From positions 310,001-374,000 of the forward strand of contig CAUYUJ010000336.1 in NCBI GenBank assembly GCA_963575745.1: a stretch of DNA of 64,000 nt. The letters run 5' to 3'. This DNA is from Prorocentrum cordatum. Lineage: Eukaryota. The notes under the pieces are model-generated. The model did no database searches and was not told the origin of the DNA. It saw only the letters and a list, made by a program, of their open reading frames with translations. Position 1 is the first letter of the stretch, and the number at the start of each line of letters is the position of its first letter. Made by a program: the position numbers and the translations under genes. Positions 1 through 13,379 of the stretch are shown here, piece by piece.

Positions 1-3000
1 GGGGGCGACCACGACGAGGACGGATTGGGATCCAGAAGTGTTGCCCGCGCTCGGTCGAGAGTGCCACTCTTACGACGAGAGCTGATCACCGATCCTGATT
101 TGCCGCCAGCGCTTCAGTGCGAACACCACACAACATCACAAGCGTTCCGACCTACATCTGATCCACTGTTGACATCTTGTGCGCTACATGACAATAAGCG
201 GGGCAAACGGGTCCCCGTTCGCACAGAATCTCGGGGGAGAGGGGAGAGTAGTACTCATATGGACTATTTGTGGAGGTAGGACATGGTTGGCGCCATCGGG
301 ATTCTCGCGATGCGTTTCCCCCCCAACTCCAGCCAACCTGCATCCCCTCCTGGATTTACCGGATAAAGACTTCCTTGGGCTCCACGAAAGGAAGAGGGGT
401 GAGGGAGGAAGAGGAGGGATGTTGGAGGAGAACGGAGGCCGCCGCCCACAGGAACCGTACCGGCCGGTGCTGTCGGGGTACGCGTGCGAGCTCTTCCGCA
501 ACGAGTACCTGGCTTGGTGCGGTGCGGTGCAGCTCGCGGAGACCGGGGGAGCGCTCGAGCGGGGACGCATCCAAGGGAGGGCGGGGGAGGGAGGAGGGGC
601 GAGGAGGGCGAAGGGGGGGGATGGGGGGGAGGGGATGTGAGAGATCGGGCGTACCAGAAAGTAAGGTTTCAAGTGGCTGCGACGGGCTGGGGGTGACTGT
701 GCTCCTCTCCTGTCTCCTCCGCGTCGTCCTTCTCCGCAGCCCATTTGGGGTCAAGTTTTCTCCAGGGCCTCAAATGGCCCTGGTGCTGGCCCGGAGGCGC
801 AAAGCGCGCGCCGGCGCCCCGCCGTGCTGCTCGCGGCAGAGTAGCGGGCTCGCAGGCCGAAGTTGCGACCCAAATGCCCGGGTCCGCCTTTGGGGGCTCC
901 TGTGGCTTACGGGCAAAAGGAGGGCGCGGAGGCGCCGGCGCCTGGCGGCGGAGCAGCGCCTAGTGCAACGTTGGTTCAGATGTCAGCGAGTTGCGCCCCG
1001 AGTGCTGTGACAGCGCCGAGCAGACTTGCTGGGCTGAGAAGGACAGGATCGCGGCATGACGCTGCCCATGACCCTGGGTGCTCCGGCAACTGCAGGGATC
1101 GGGCGTTGGGTTTAGCCAGCGGTCCCACAGGCGTGGGACGAGTACGAACGCTTCTGCTTGTGCGAAATGGCGCGCGGTCTAGCCGGAGGCGCCGACGAGT
1201 TGGACGGGAGCGCCGCGGAGCTGCTGGCCCCGACCCGCCGGCAGGGCGGGAGGCCGGCGGCCGCGGAGCCCCCTTCGGGAGGTTCCCAGCGACCCTGGGC
1301 GGCCAATCGCGGGTGAAGGCAGGACACCGCCCAAGCCACTCCTGGAGAAACTATCGGGCGGCAAGGGCCGGGTTGGCCTGCTACCTCAACGGCGCGAGGA
1401 CGAGGTGGCCGCGCCAGAGGACTGGACGTCAGTGGTCGAGGAGGCTGCGGCGCCAAAGGGGGGCGGTCACGCGCGACGCCGCGATGGGCACCGCCCACCT
1501 CCGCCGCCGCATGGGCCAGAGGAGGAGGCAGGCGGGTCCGAGGAGAGCTGGTGGGGCTTGCAATATGTGCGCTACACCGTCATCGGCAGTTGGCTCGGCG
1601 GCTACCATGGCGATTGGGATACCGACGGGCGGTGACGCATCTGGGCGGGAGGCGGAGGCCTCATCCGAGGAGCGATCGCCACGGTTGGGAATATTGCCTT
1701 CGGGGAGTACTGGCCTTACGTGCCCGGTGGTATTTTACTTGTGCTGGGGGTGGCCAGGAGGGGGACTGCACTTGATGATCACAGCCTCGGGCTACTTGGT
1801 CGTGAAGTCTCTTGGATGTCCCTATCCCCGCTGATGTCGCTGTTCGGCTTCTGCCGACAAGGCATTCCACGCGCAGCTGCGCGCGCGCGATGCTAAGAGC
1901 GAGGCGCGCCATCTGGCCATTGAGGTCGGCGACGCATCAACACGCTAGGAACGCCCGCCCCTGAAGGCGGGGATGAAGCCCCAACGGTCGGGGCGCTCGC
2001 GGCAGTGCAGCGCCGCCCTCGGCCTCGCATCGAGGAGGTTGAGGATGTTGCTGGAGGCGTCGCAGGAGAGACACTCCACACGTGCCGGGAGCACCTTGCA
2101 CGGACGGCGGGAACCACGCCGCCCACGTTCCGTGCTACGGCTACGTGGCCGAGGAGACGGACGCCACCTTGGAGGCCCGGGTCGCGGCCCCGCCGCCTTC
2201 CGCGCCAAGCCGCGCGGGTTGCTGGGGCAATGACGTGCGCCTGCTGCATGGGACGCGGCGCGCTAGGGTTGCGGTGCTGCGCCAAGGTGCGCGGCGCCAT
2301 TAGGCGCCGCGGGAGGACGGGCTGCCGCTCGAGGGGGACAGCTTCGGATTCTCCAGCGGAGTTGGTCAGGGGCGCCAGCTCGGAGTCGGGGTCCGAGCTC
2401 GAGGATGCCAAGTGGTTCACTCGCGCGGCCCACGAGTTGCTCTACCAGGAGGGGGGCAAGATCTACCTCCTGACCACGGAGGGGTGCTGGGGCAGGGCAC
2501 AGGGCGATTCTGCGCAGCTGCAGCGGGGTGGCGGGGGGCGGTCGAACCTCCGGGGCAGCGCTTGCGCGGCCGACCCCTGTTGGCCGCGCAGCAGCGCGTG
2601 TTGGGCGAATCGGGGCGTCAAGATGCGCGCCCGAGTCGGGCGCGCGCGCTTGGTCGGTTTCGCTCCGCCCGTGCCGCGACGACTCTGGCGCGCCAGCGCC
2701 CGGCGACCAGCCCCGCGCGGCGGTCCGCGGGGTGGCCGAGGAGCAACGAGGGCCGGCGAGGAGGAGCGAGGAGGCCGCCCAGGGCTCTGCAGGTGGACCT
2801 CCCGCGGGCAGGCGGCGGCCGGGACGCGGGGTCGCAAGGGGCCCGCGACGCGGGGTGTCGAGCGCCCGCAGAGGTGGTCAACGGGGGGGTGCGCTCCTCA
2901 TCGCGCACCTTCGAGACGTCGCCGAGAGGCTTCGCCCGGCGGGGTGCTTTGACGACCTGGGCGAGGCTCGCAGCGCCATCGGGGAGGGCGGTCGCCGGCG

Positions 3001-4671
3001 GCCCTCCGGCTCGAGCGCGGCAGCTTCGCGGAAACGCAGGAGTTGAGGGCCCCGGGGAATTGGGGAGAGATCGTCAACGAGCGCGAGGAGTAAGCCGCGC
3101 GGCGGTGCGCGAGGAGAGCTGGACGGCCGCCTCGAGAGCGCCCGCGGCGGAGCCGCCCCGCCGCTGCCCCCGCCGGCCGACCCCCCCAGGAGGGATTGCT
3201 TCGGAGGCGGGGCAGGCGTGGCGGTGCCTGCCCGGCCCCGGCCGCGGTGGCACCGCGAGGCTTATGGCGCGGTCAGCGGCCCCGCTGGCAGGGCCGCCGG
3301 GCATCGGCCGCCCCTCGCCGCCGCGTGCGCCGCCGGGCCCGCCGGGCCGCGGTCGCGGGCCAAGGGCGAGAACCAGCTCCGACAGGGAGGGCGCGGAGGG
3401 CGCGATCGCCGAGGCACCGAGGAGGTCTGGTGGCCAGGGCGACGGAGCAGGCCCCCATCGGGAGAGGCGCCGCCGCCCCCTTGCTGGCCGACGTCGCGCA
3501 GCCTGGGAGTCGGGAACAAGCGCGAGGAGGAGGGGGGGAAGGCAGGGCGCGCTGGCGCCCTCCAGTCGATTGCCAAGGAGGACGACTTGAAAGCGTTGGC
3601 GGCTAGGGGCTGCGGATGCTCCAAGGTTCGTCTGGCCCGGCTACTTGGCGCTCTCTCGTGGCGGCGCTGCCCCGCATTGCGAAGCATTCGGTCGCCCTCT
3701 ACAAGCGCCGCAGGCGGCTTGCCCTCGCGAACTATCGGATAGCGCGGGGGTGAGGGCCAGTCGGCGAACGCGATGGCAAGCTGGTCTTTGGGCGCGTCGG
3801 ATTGGGCCGCGTGTCCAGAGGAGCTGCTCGACGACTGCATGCTGCCGACGGAGTTCTAGACGGAGGCGCGCCCCAGGCAGCCCGCTGACATGCTCAGGTG
3901 GGCCGAGCAGGCTTGGGATTGCATCTGGGCGGCGTGCTCGGCGCGCGGCCGGGAACGCGGCGAGCCGTTGGAGGCCGCGGGCGCGCCGATCCGACTTTGC
4001 GAGGGCGAGCCTCGGAAATGCACCTGGCGGCGCGCGCAGGACGCCTGGGGGGAGTGCAATTCAAAGTGGCGGGAGGAGCTTTGGGGAGCCAAGGAGGTGC
4101 TGCCTGTCAGCAACAAGGGTCAGCCTCGTAAGGGAGATGTCTTGTTCGCCGCCCTCGCACCCGCGGAGGCGGGCGATCCCCTCCGCGACTTGCCGGACAC
4201 GTTTGACACGTTTGAGCTGGACAACTCGCTCGCTTGGAACGCCAAGCCCAGAAGGCGCGTGGCGGCTTTCCCGGGGCGGAGCGGTTTGGGTATCCTTCGT
4301 CCGCGCCGTTTTCAGTTTGGCCCCCATCCACGATGGTGGGCGCACTGCGCCAGCGAATGTTCTATCCTGACTATGGTATCACACCGCCGACGGAGTAAAA
4401 AGTGCGTGCTGGTCAGGGGGAATTCAACGTTAACGGTGACCTCTGGGAGGTCCTTTGTTTTCTCGTTGTGAAGAGAGTGGTTCGAGCCCCTCCTGCCGCC
4501 TTTGGTGGCGGCAACGGCCTGGCCCTTTCACCCGGGCGCGATCGCGCGCCAGCTGGTCACGGCGACCTTTTTTTGAGTAGCGAGCGTTGTGGCCGTCGAT
4601 AGTGGCGGCCGATCGTTGTAGGTAGTTAGCGCGAGCTGGCCGCCTGGGGATCCGTTTCGTTCCGAGGTCCA

Positions 4672-4880
4672 GGTCATCATAACCATCATCACCAACATCG
4701 GCAGCATCGCCACCTGAATCATCAACGTCACCATTCGCCATCGACATCACCATCGTCATCATCACCAGCATCATCAGCATCATCATCACTATTCTCATTG
4801 CTGGCATCATCACCAGTATTTTCACAATCATTATCACCATCGTGGTCGCCATCAAACTCATTTTCGTGATGACCATGATC
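4672..4880. repeat. Degenerate (CAT/CAC)n trinucleotide repeat
   Basis: CATCATCACC-type tracts. Confidence 0.8.
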
Positions 4881-6145
4881 AGGTTCTTGCCACCCCTTTC
4901 CCCTGGTAGTCAGTGACCCTGCCCACCTGATCTGAAGGAGGACCACCCAGTTTTCGGCAGCAAGGCCAACGACGTCGCGGCGTGGCTCACGGTGCATGGC
5001 GGGCCCGCCGTGCTGGAAGCAGGCCGCGGCGCCTCCTGGGAACGGGACAGCAGTAGGATTCTGCCCGGCGAGGGCCGGACGCGCCGCGAATAGCATTGAC
5101 GAGTTATTGTGGTCAAGGGTGCCATTGCATCCTTGCATCATTGCACTACCTTTTGCCGGTTTTTGTGGCGTTGCCCCATGGATGAGTACCATCGTGGCGA
5201 GATACGATTTAGAAGCCTTGGGGTCTTGCACCCGAACCTTGCGCCCATTATGACGCGCAGCGGTTGTAGTCATCCCCGCGGAGGGTTCAGTAAATAATTT
5301 CGCCTGCCTGGCTCGCAGGGGCGCTCGAGTTGTGAACGCGCCCGTTGTTGCGCCCCGTCCGCAGGCGTCATCTGGTTCGACTGCAACCACGCCGCCACGG
5401 ACCTGGTGCCCTACGCCGCCTTCGCGTCCTCCAAGGACATGGCCCGCGTGAGCTCGGCGGCCACGCGACAGTGGTTGGTCCGCGCGCGACGGTCGGCGAG
5501 GCGCGCGCAACAGTTACGGTAGGTTTGCGTCGTGTCGACCGGCGGCGACCCCGCCGCCGACGTTCAAGGTTGAGCGCCGGCGGCGGCCCAGAATCGATCG
5601 ATGTTGAACGATCGGACGTTGCGGCAGCGGCCGATCGTTCAAGGTTGAACGATCCAGCGCGGTGTCAGGAACCAACGCCAGGGTCGACCCGGCACGAACC
5701 TGCAGTACGGTACTCTTGCGCGTGCGCGCGCAAACGCGCGTGCACAAGAGACACACGGGGCAGAGCACTGTAACAAGAGTTGTTTTGACTTCCTCATGGG
5801 TTTCCCGCGTTCCGCGCACATCCAGGCGCAACCCAGGGTCACAGATGTGGTTCGTCCCTTGTTCAGTGCTCTTGATGGTAAGGTTTTGGCTGTGCCTCGT
5901 GGGTCCCCAGAGGTCGCAGAGGCTCCAAGAGGCCCCCTGACGTCAGATGTCCCCATCTGGGAAGCAACAGCGCCCACACATCTACATCGTAGACCCTGGG
6001 TCTTCGAGGACCGAGGTCTCGAGGGCTCGAGGCCCAGAGTGTGGCGGCTCCATTCCTGCCGTCCACGAAGCAGGTTCCCGTGAGTTCCGACGCCACGACA
6101 GAATCGCAGCATTGTGACCACACACGGCCAGAACCTTTTATCTCT

Positions 6146-6328
6146 AGGCCTCCCAGATGGGGTCTGAGTAGATGAGGTCGGAGGATCGCGCCACATTGCC
6201 GATGCATCGGCAATGCGTCTCGATGTGGAGCCCGATGTTCTTCATGCCGACTTCGGCGATGCATCGCCGACGTCGGCGATGCGGCGCAATCCTCCGACCC
6301 CATCTATTAGGACCCCATTCGGAAGGCT
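6146..6328. mobile_element. Palindromic MITE-like element, copy 1
   Basis: Inverted termini AGATGAGGTCGGAGGATCGCGCC...GGCGCAATCCTCCGACCCCATCT with internal GCCGATGCATCGGC palindromes; related copies at 15026 and 61921. Confidence 0.75.
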
Positions 6329-6920
6329 TGTATGAGCACACGCGGCCATAACCCTCTGTCGGGGAATCGCAGAGGATGGGGTTAGCACAAGCTGGGGTTA
6401 GGGAGCGCAGCCAGTCCCCCCTCTCCGAACGCCCAATTGAAATTACTCCCCATAGTCCCGCAGCATGTCTGCGGATTCCATCATCGGGGGTCTGACAGTC
6501 CCCCAGACCCATGGGGACGGGTTCTCACCATAATCTCGAGGGCAGTCCATGCGCTGCGACAGTAGCGTCCCAAGAGACTCGAAAAGAACTCCGACATCCC
6601 AAACTTCAGTCCTCCTCTTGCCCCTCCTCATCCTCCTCCTCCAAAATGTTATCCCCCTGACTGCCCCCATCAGGCACGAGGTTCAAGCTGACCAGTCGCA
6701 CTCGAGCAGGACATGTCCTGTCCTCGCGTGCCAGCAAGGTAATATACCAGGCCTCTGGCCCTAGCAATGGAGATAAGGCGCTCCTGAGCCACATCTTTCT
6801 AAGCATCCTTCGTTTCCTCCTCCTCCTGGGCCTTGGGCAATGTCTGCATCGGCGTCAATGTCAACGTTGCCACCCCTCCTCCTCCTCTTCCTCCTCCTCC
6901 TCCTCCTCCCGCTCCTCTTT

Positions 6921-6940
6921 CGTAGCCATGTTGGCTCAAG
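6921..6940 (+). other. Dinoflagellate spliced-leader relic
   Basis: CGTAGCCATGTTGGCTCAAG, 19/20 identical to the DinoSL 3' 20-mer CGTAGCCATTTTGGCTCAAG. Confidence 0.8.
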
Positions 6941-9900
6941 GCCAAAATGGTTTCCATTTCACTGCCTCAGCGGGGCAGGCTCCCAGTTTCATCTCCAGCA
7001 TTCAAGATTTCATCCATATTGAAACCCTGTTCCACGACAGGCGTTCAATTTTTCCCAGTCCTGCGGCGCGCGGCGCGTAGCGGGTCTCTACAGCATCCTT
7101 ATTATGTTCGTGTTGTTTCAGTTGTCGGCGACTTTCCTTGCCTCGATTTTCAATTTGCGCCCACCCCTTCCACCAGCAGTACGCCGCGCTGGATTCGGAT
7201 CGGCGCGTACAGTTGGTTACAGACCGCAGCGACTCTTTCACACGGACATCATGGCCACAAGTGGGACGAGTCTCGGTCATCAAGCGACGTTGGTAGACGT
7301 CAGTCTCCTGCCTACGGACGTCGAAGGAAGGATACATCCGAGCTGGCGAAGATGGGCAAAAACACAGATCGCGTCGGCAACGGCTCAGCTTACAGCAACG
7401 GCGAGCACTCTTATCGAGCAGCAGCAGAAGGCTTTCAACGCGCAGGTGCACGATTTCATGGCTGTCAGCAGGCAGCACGCCGCCCACATCGAAATGCACG
7501 ACAGAAGCGCCCACGAACTTCAGACGCGAGCAGAGCGTGTGGGAGCAGGCCAGCATCGCATGCGACAACAACTACGGGCGATGGAGCAGACCTTGGCCAT
7601 GGCAGACGCTGCAGTGCCGTTTGAAGCGCATAAACTTGCAGAGCGGGAGCGAGCCCTTGATCCGTGAGCATTCAGTACCGGTGCCCCCAGGGCAATGGCA
7701 CTAGTGGCCATCAATGCGGCGCTTGCTGATTGAACTATTGCTTCTGGTGTCCCACCATGCCAACTTCAACTACACGGAGACGTCCCCCAACGAAGATTCC
7801 ACTTAGAAGTTCAAGGAGGAGCGGCAGTCCTGCGCGCGCCATGGCATTCTCGGAAGTCCTCAAGACTTCGGCCGGTTTCAAAACATGCAGGACTGGAGGA
7901 GTCAACGTGCCAGTCTACGTCAATGTCGACAAGTGCCCCAAGCAGGTCAGGTTTGAACTACACCAAACGGCCGCAACGCACTGTACAAGATGCCTACGCG
8001 GCTTACAACGTTGGCGCGCAGAGACCCAAGGGCATCATCACCATTGGTTCGATCCCGCTCGTGGTGGTCCAGGTGCAAGGGCCGGGGCCCCACTATCCTT
8101 GCGCGCTTCAATATTGACGAAGAACCGCTGGTGGCTGCGTCAAGGCAGGTATTCTTTAGCGTGGATACGTCGACGCGGTCTATTTTGCAGAAGGCGGTCA
8201 CCCTGGACGTCGGAGGACAGGCGTCGCAATGGTACGGTGATACGATGGAACGCACGCAGTCTTCTTTGTTACAAAGTACACCGGAGGAAGGCCAAGCTCA
8301 ATGAGCTCGCTTCGATCGCGCCCACGGGCGCCGCGATTCTTTCGCATGAATGTTGAGGGGCGTCTGGCCAGCTCCAGACAGCGTCGGCTACATGCCCGTG
8401 CCCCTGCACGGTGCAAGCGCTTGTCTCAGAAGTCTGGCGGCACTGGCTTTCATATTCCGATGCGTCATCGAGATCAGGGCGACCCTCATGCCCACTTTCA
8501 GCATCATCTTGCGCCCTCGGCTCGCTGCCCCGCCGACTCGGGGCACCGGGCCCGACGCCGACGCCAAGGCCCCCTCTGGAGAAGGACATTTTAGAGCTTC
8601 TGCTGAGCCCGTCGGCCGCGCGAACCTCGGCAGCCCCATGAACCCTCAATCCCAGAAAAGGTTTCCTTGGCCACATGGGCGCATTCATGCGCCGCGCGAG
8701 CCCGGCGAGCCGCGCGGCCCCCATAGGCCCCTTGAGTCGTCGGGGCATCGTCGGGTGTCTGGGCCTCGCGAACCCCGCGGGCCACGGCGGCCCCGCGGGC
8801 CTGGGGGTCGCCGCGGGCCCCATGGTCGGGGGCCCCGAGACGGGGGTCAATGCAAACGGGGGTCAGCCAGGGCGCCAGATCCTGCAGGATCCTGCGAAGA
8901 CCCTTTCTGGCTGACCCGGGTTAGCGAGCCGCTCGTGGCCGCGAGGCGGCCGCGCATATTGGCTGACCCGAGTTGGCGAAGATCTGCGTTGCAGTTTTTT
9001 GTCCTGCATTGCAGTTTTTGGTTTCCTGCTGACCCGGGTCTGGATGGACCTGGGTCAGAAGATCCCCGACGTGGGGCGTTGTTATAATGCGGGCCCCATG
9101 GCCTGTGAATTCGGTGAGCAGCGCGAGCCGCCTCGCGTTTTGCGGGCTCCGCTGGGCCGCTATGCCCCCGCGGGGACAGGCCCCCGAATTTTCCCAGTGG
9201 GATCTCGGTGCTGGCGCCGGCTTTTCGCCCCTGCCATCGCAGGGAAGCCGGCGCCGGCACCGAGGCCCCCGCTGGAACGGCGGGCGGAGCGAGGCCTTTC
9301 GACGACTTCGGAAGATTGCCAGGGTCTGCGGGCCGGAGTTGAGAGGGCGCCGCGTTCTCGAGCCCTGGCCGCGCAGGGCAGCCGCGCCCCCACCCGGCGC
9401 GGGGGGTAAGTGGTGGAATCGGAATCGCCGGACGCGGGCCTCAGGCTTGCAGAGCGTCAGGGGCGCGACCAGGGGCGGGCAGGGGGCGGGCGGGGGGGCG
9501 GGGAGAGACTGGGGGGGGGGGGGGGGGAAGCGGGCGGGGGGAGGCGCGGATGACGGCGGCGATGGAGTGGGGGGGTGGGTCATCGAGGAAGCCGCATGCT
9601 TTTGACTGGCCCCCCCCCTCTCCCGAGAACGCCTGCCAACTTCGCCGCTCGTGCGTTTTTGTTTTGTTATTGTTCTGTGTTTTTTTTTTTTTTGGCGCAC
9701 CGGCCCTCCTCCAGCGCGCTGCGCGACGATTCCCTTCCCCGCCCCCGCCCCCCCCGCGATTCCGAAGGCCGGGGCGGGCTCGCGGTGGCCCGAATCGCAA
9801 GTCTAATTTGTCTGAAACAAATAGTTCTCGGTTCCGGCGTCGACTGTCTGCCCCCGGCTGACTATTGCCAACGCGCAGGACAATTGGATGTTGCGAGTGT

Positions 9901-12900
9901 TCAGCGCGCATAACTTTGAGAAGGACGCAGCCAGTCTGGAAGGGCCCGGCATGAAATCCGCAGGATCCTGCGAGGCGCGCCGTTATCGCAGCGGCCAATT
10001 GCAATGTCAAGACTGGGCCCACACGCAGCTACGTTGACGGCGCCAAGCAAGATTTGTTATTTTCCGCCCTTCTCCAGATGTGCATGGCCAACCTCTTCGG
10101 CGATTTCTGGGGCGTCTGTTTGCAATGGTCACTGAGATCTCTACTGATTGCCCGACTCACTTCTCCAGGGATACTGCAGCGGCGGCAACGCTCGCCCGCG
10201 TCCTCATTGGTGCCCCCTTCGAACTACTCGCTGGACATCGGCGTTTTCGTGGAGGTTGATATTGACGCGGCCGCCACCTCATACTCCTGGCTCAGTGATC
10301 ACACCCCGCTCACCGCACATCGTCGCGATCGTGCTCGACGCGATGAGCAAGGCAGCATTCCTGAACAAGTATGTCGAAATTCCCCAAATGGAAAGATTAT
10401 TCAGCAGTTTCTGGGCGCTGCGCAGCTGAGCCAAATTCCAGTGATCTGCCTATGGAGATGCATGAAGGACTTCGTGATTGGACCAGCTCGACAGGTTCGA
10501 GACGCGCTGCAACGGCTACCGACTTCAGTCAAAGATCTTTGGGGATAGGGAGGACAGTCATCACCCTCTGCGCTATCTCCCGCTGCGTCTGGCGCAACGA
10601 CATCTCCACTGCCCAGAGGCTGCGCGCCGCGACGGAGGGCGGCGCCCGCTTCCTCAACGTCTCGGATGGGGTCGCGCAGCTCCAGCGAGGCCAGCGGCGC
10701 GCAGCCCGCGCGCACAAGCGCCGGTCAAACCTGTGGACCCCCGAGGCTCGTCGTCTGGTTTTGGCGGGCATTCGCCCCGAAGGTCGCCGCGAGCCCCATT
10801 GTGTCACCCGAGGCCCCGACGGGATAGCAGTTCAGTTCGACGCCCATCGGAGGCCGATTTTCGGGGGAAAAACAAGTGGCGACCAGGCTCTTGAGGGAGC
10901 TGCCCCCGAACTACCCCAGCTACGTCTTCGGTCGCCCTCTGAAGCCGATCTACGGCGCGCTCTTCTCCATGCTAAACGCTCGGCCCCTGGGCCCGATCAA
11001 CTCCCTTGCTCAGCTTGGCAAGCGCATCCCGACCAGATCACTGTACTCCGTCGTCTTATGTGCCATCTGCACGGAGGCCACGCGCCTCCGCTGGAGCTCA
11101 ACGATTGCCTCTTCGCCACCCCACCCGAAGGGGGGGCTAAAGATGCCCGAGGTTGCATCCGAAGCCCTGGCTTGGTCAGGCCCCTTAGTCTGCGAATCAT
11201 CGACGCAATGCTCCTGGCGTCTGCCACTCAGTTCCAGCCCCGTCAGGTTGCCCGAGAGCGCGCCCACGAGGCCCAGCAATGCTTTGTCCCGGGATGCAAT
11301 TACCTGTCGAACATCGTCCGCCTGGACTCCGCGGCCCGCCAGGCTAGCACTGCCCCCGATGTCGAGGCGGACCTCCCCGTGTTCGCCACCTGCGACGCGG
11401 GGGCGGCATTGCCGAGCCTCGGCCACCAGTGGATGTTCGAGATTCTGAGCCGGTTTGGCACCCCACATGGGGCCCTTAATTTCACTCGTGCCTTGTATTT
11501 CTTGCCCCGAGGGTTTGCTCGGATCTAAAACCGGTCGGTCTTTGTATTTCACTTCTGTGGGGGGGGGGGCTTCCGGGGCTGCCCTCTGTCGGTGTCTCTC
11601 TGGGCCCTCGCCATGTACCCCATTCTCCGACTCCTGCTTGCAGCCTTCCAGCTCCCCCGGGCGAGGCATCGCAAGGGGTCTCTTGGGGGTTGTGCTGGCG
11701 ACGTCGGAATGGCGATGCTTCGCCTGGTGACCTGGTTAGCGTCGCTCGGGTTGCTATGGGCACCGAACGCCTCGCCCCATTCGAACTCCAGGGGGCAAAA
11801 TGCGCTCTGGTTCCGAGCCGAGTGCACGGTGTAAATCCAGACCAGGGTCCGAAGCGAGTTGCGTCGATGGATCCAACAGTGGAGTGATTTCAATATTTCA
11901 GGCCACACCACCTTACCTTGGGGTGGTGATGTGACCAGCGGCCACGTTGAGCATTATTTGGGCTCAGGCAGCTGAGAAGTGGTGGTCCCGTGCCATAGCC
12001 CTTCCCCATGCAGGTGCTGCTCCGAAGGTTCTTTCGCTTCTGTCTAACTCCATTGCCCGGTCCACTCTCTCGCATCTTGCCCAGCTTCTCCCCGCCCCTG
12101 CCGCGGTTCGGAAGCTCGAGCACCAGGCCTAGCATAAGTTGCTCAGGTTCCCGCCGAACAGCCCAGCCTTGCGGATTTGAATTCGCCAACCGAATATCTG
12201 TCTGTCGCACCGTCGTCAGTTGCTCTGCGTGGGTGGGCCAGTAGCCGGCGCGCACCTTTCCGAATTATGAGCCACGCGCGGCAGGAGGCGCTGCGCGAAA
12301 AAAGGGGCGCGCCCAAGACTCCACCATCATCCTTCGCTTTAGGCAGGACAAATGGTCGGCGCCCTGCTGGAAGCGGCCGTTCTCGATTGCACAGTTCATG
12401 GATGGGGGCGCGCTTACCTCCGCCGCACCTCATCAGCCGACAGGTTGGCAGAGCGCTTTCAGCGCAGCTCGCGCGCACGCGGCGCTTGCGCTGCAGGGGG
12501 GGCGCGCGCCGCGCCCGCAACGCGCTTCTGCCTGTTCACCTCTCCCCCTGGCCTTCCCAGGCTCCTTCGCCACAACGTTGCGTAAGCGTCTCCTCGCATG
12601 GCAGGTCTCTATCCCTGGGGGGGCGGAGGTCGGTGGCTGGGCGGTGGGAACACAGCAAGACCTGCCTTCCCGAGTCTCAAGCCAACATGGGAGTGGGGCA
12701 TCATTAAAACTCTCTGCGGTGCGTGGACGGCCGCGCGCCGTCTGCATATCGGCGCACCGCCCACGTCATGCATTCGGGGCTGTACTAAGCCAGCTGAGAT
12801 TGCCCTCTGCTTGCGATGCCCGCGCAAATTTCATCAGATGGCAACGCATCACGCATGGGGGAGGAGACATGTTGCAGCCTCGCCGCTCACGCTGCTGGGA

Positions 12901-13100
12901 TTGGGTGGGCGGACGACTACGGGCGGTGGGGATCGGAAATCTCGCGCGAAGAATTCCTGCAGGCCGTGGCTCTCGCTTCTCGCATGCATCGCACACCGGA
13001 GGACTTTGCTCAGCGCGAACCGATGTCGCTGGTGCGGGCATATGGCATTAGAGGAGCAGCGAAGGTCGCGATAGAGCGGAAGAGGATTTATCCCGCCTTG
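6921..13100 (+). mobile_element. Decayed LINE with DinoSL-like 5' end, interrupted by a ~1.4-kb insertion (~8640-10050)
   Basis: Coiled-coil ORF1-like region 7104-8200. Endonuclease start WNARSL (8246), then LFGDF and DHTPL after the insertion. RT motifs SAPGPD, VRPLSL, QQCFVPG, DAGAALPSL, GCPLS (11577), degenerate CAGDVG (11691), YLGV. Confidence 0.78.
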
Positions 13101-13379
13101 CGTTCGTGCCTGGTCCGTCGTTTGTGCGGCGTCCTCGTGCGCCCTCCGCCTGCGACTCTCTCACTCCCACTGGAGGCAGTATGTTGGGAGTGCCTCTCTT
13201 TCTGTCGATGTCTTCTTTTTCTGCCCGTTTCGATCTCGCAGGGTTCCCACATAGAGGTGCTCCGAGTACGGTCGCCTCATTATAGTTCGCTGCGTGTTTT
13301 CTCACATGGGGCGCTGAGGGCCCAGGCCTGTCCTCTCTTGGGTTGGCCCCCTCACGTCGCCCCGGCGATTTCGCGCAGC

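Noticed and set aside
150..4470. Long GC-rich ORFs (863-1834, 2005-2952, 2412-3590, 3890-4471)
   Set aside because: Mostly Arg/Gly/Pro-rich frames expected at this GC content. Some fragments look like decayed coding sequence, possibly from a transposon, but I recognise no motif.
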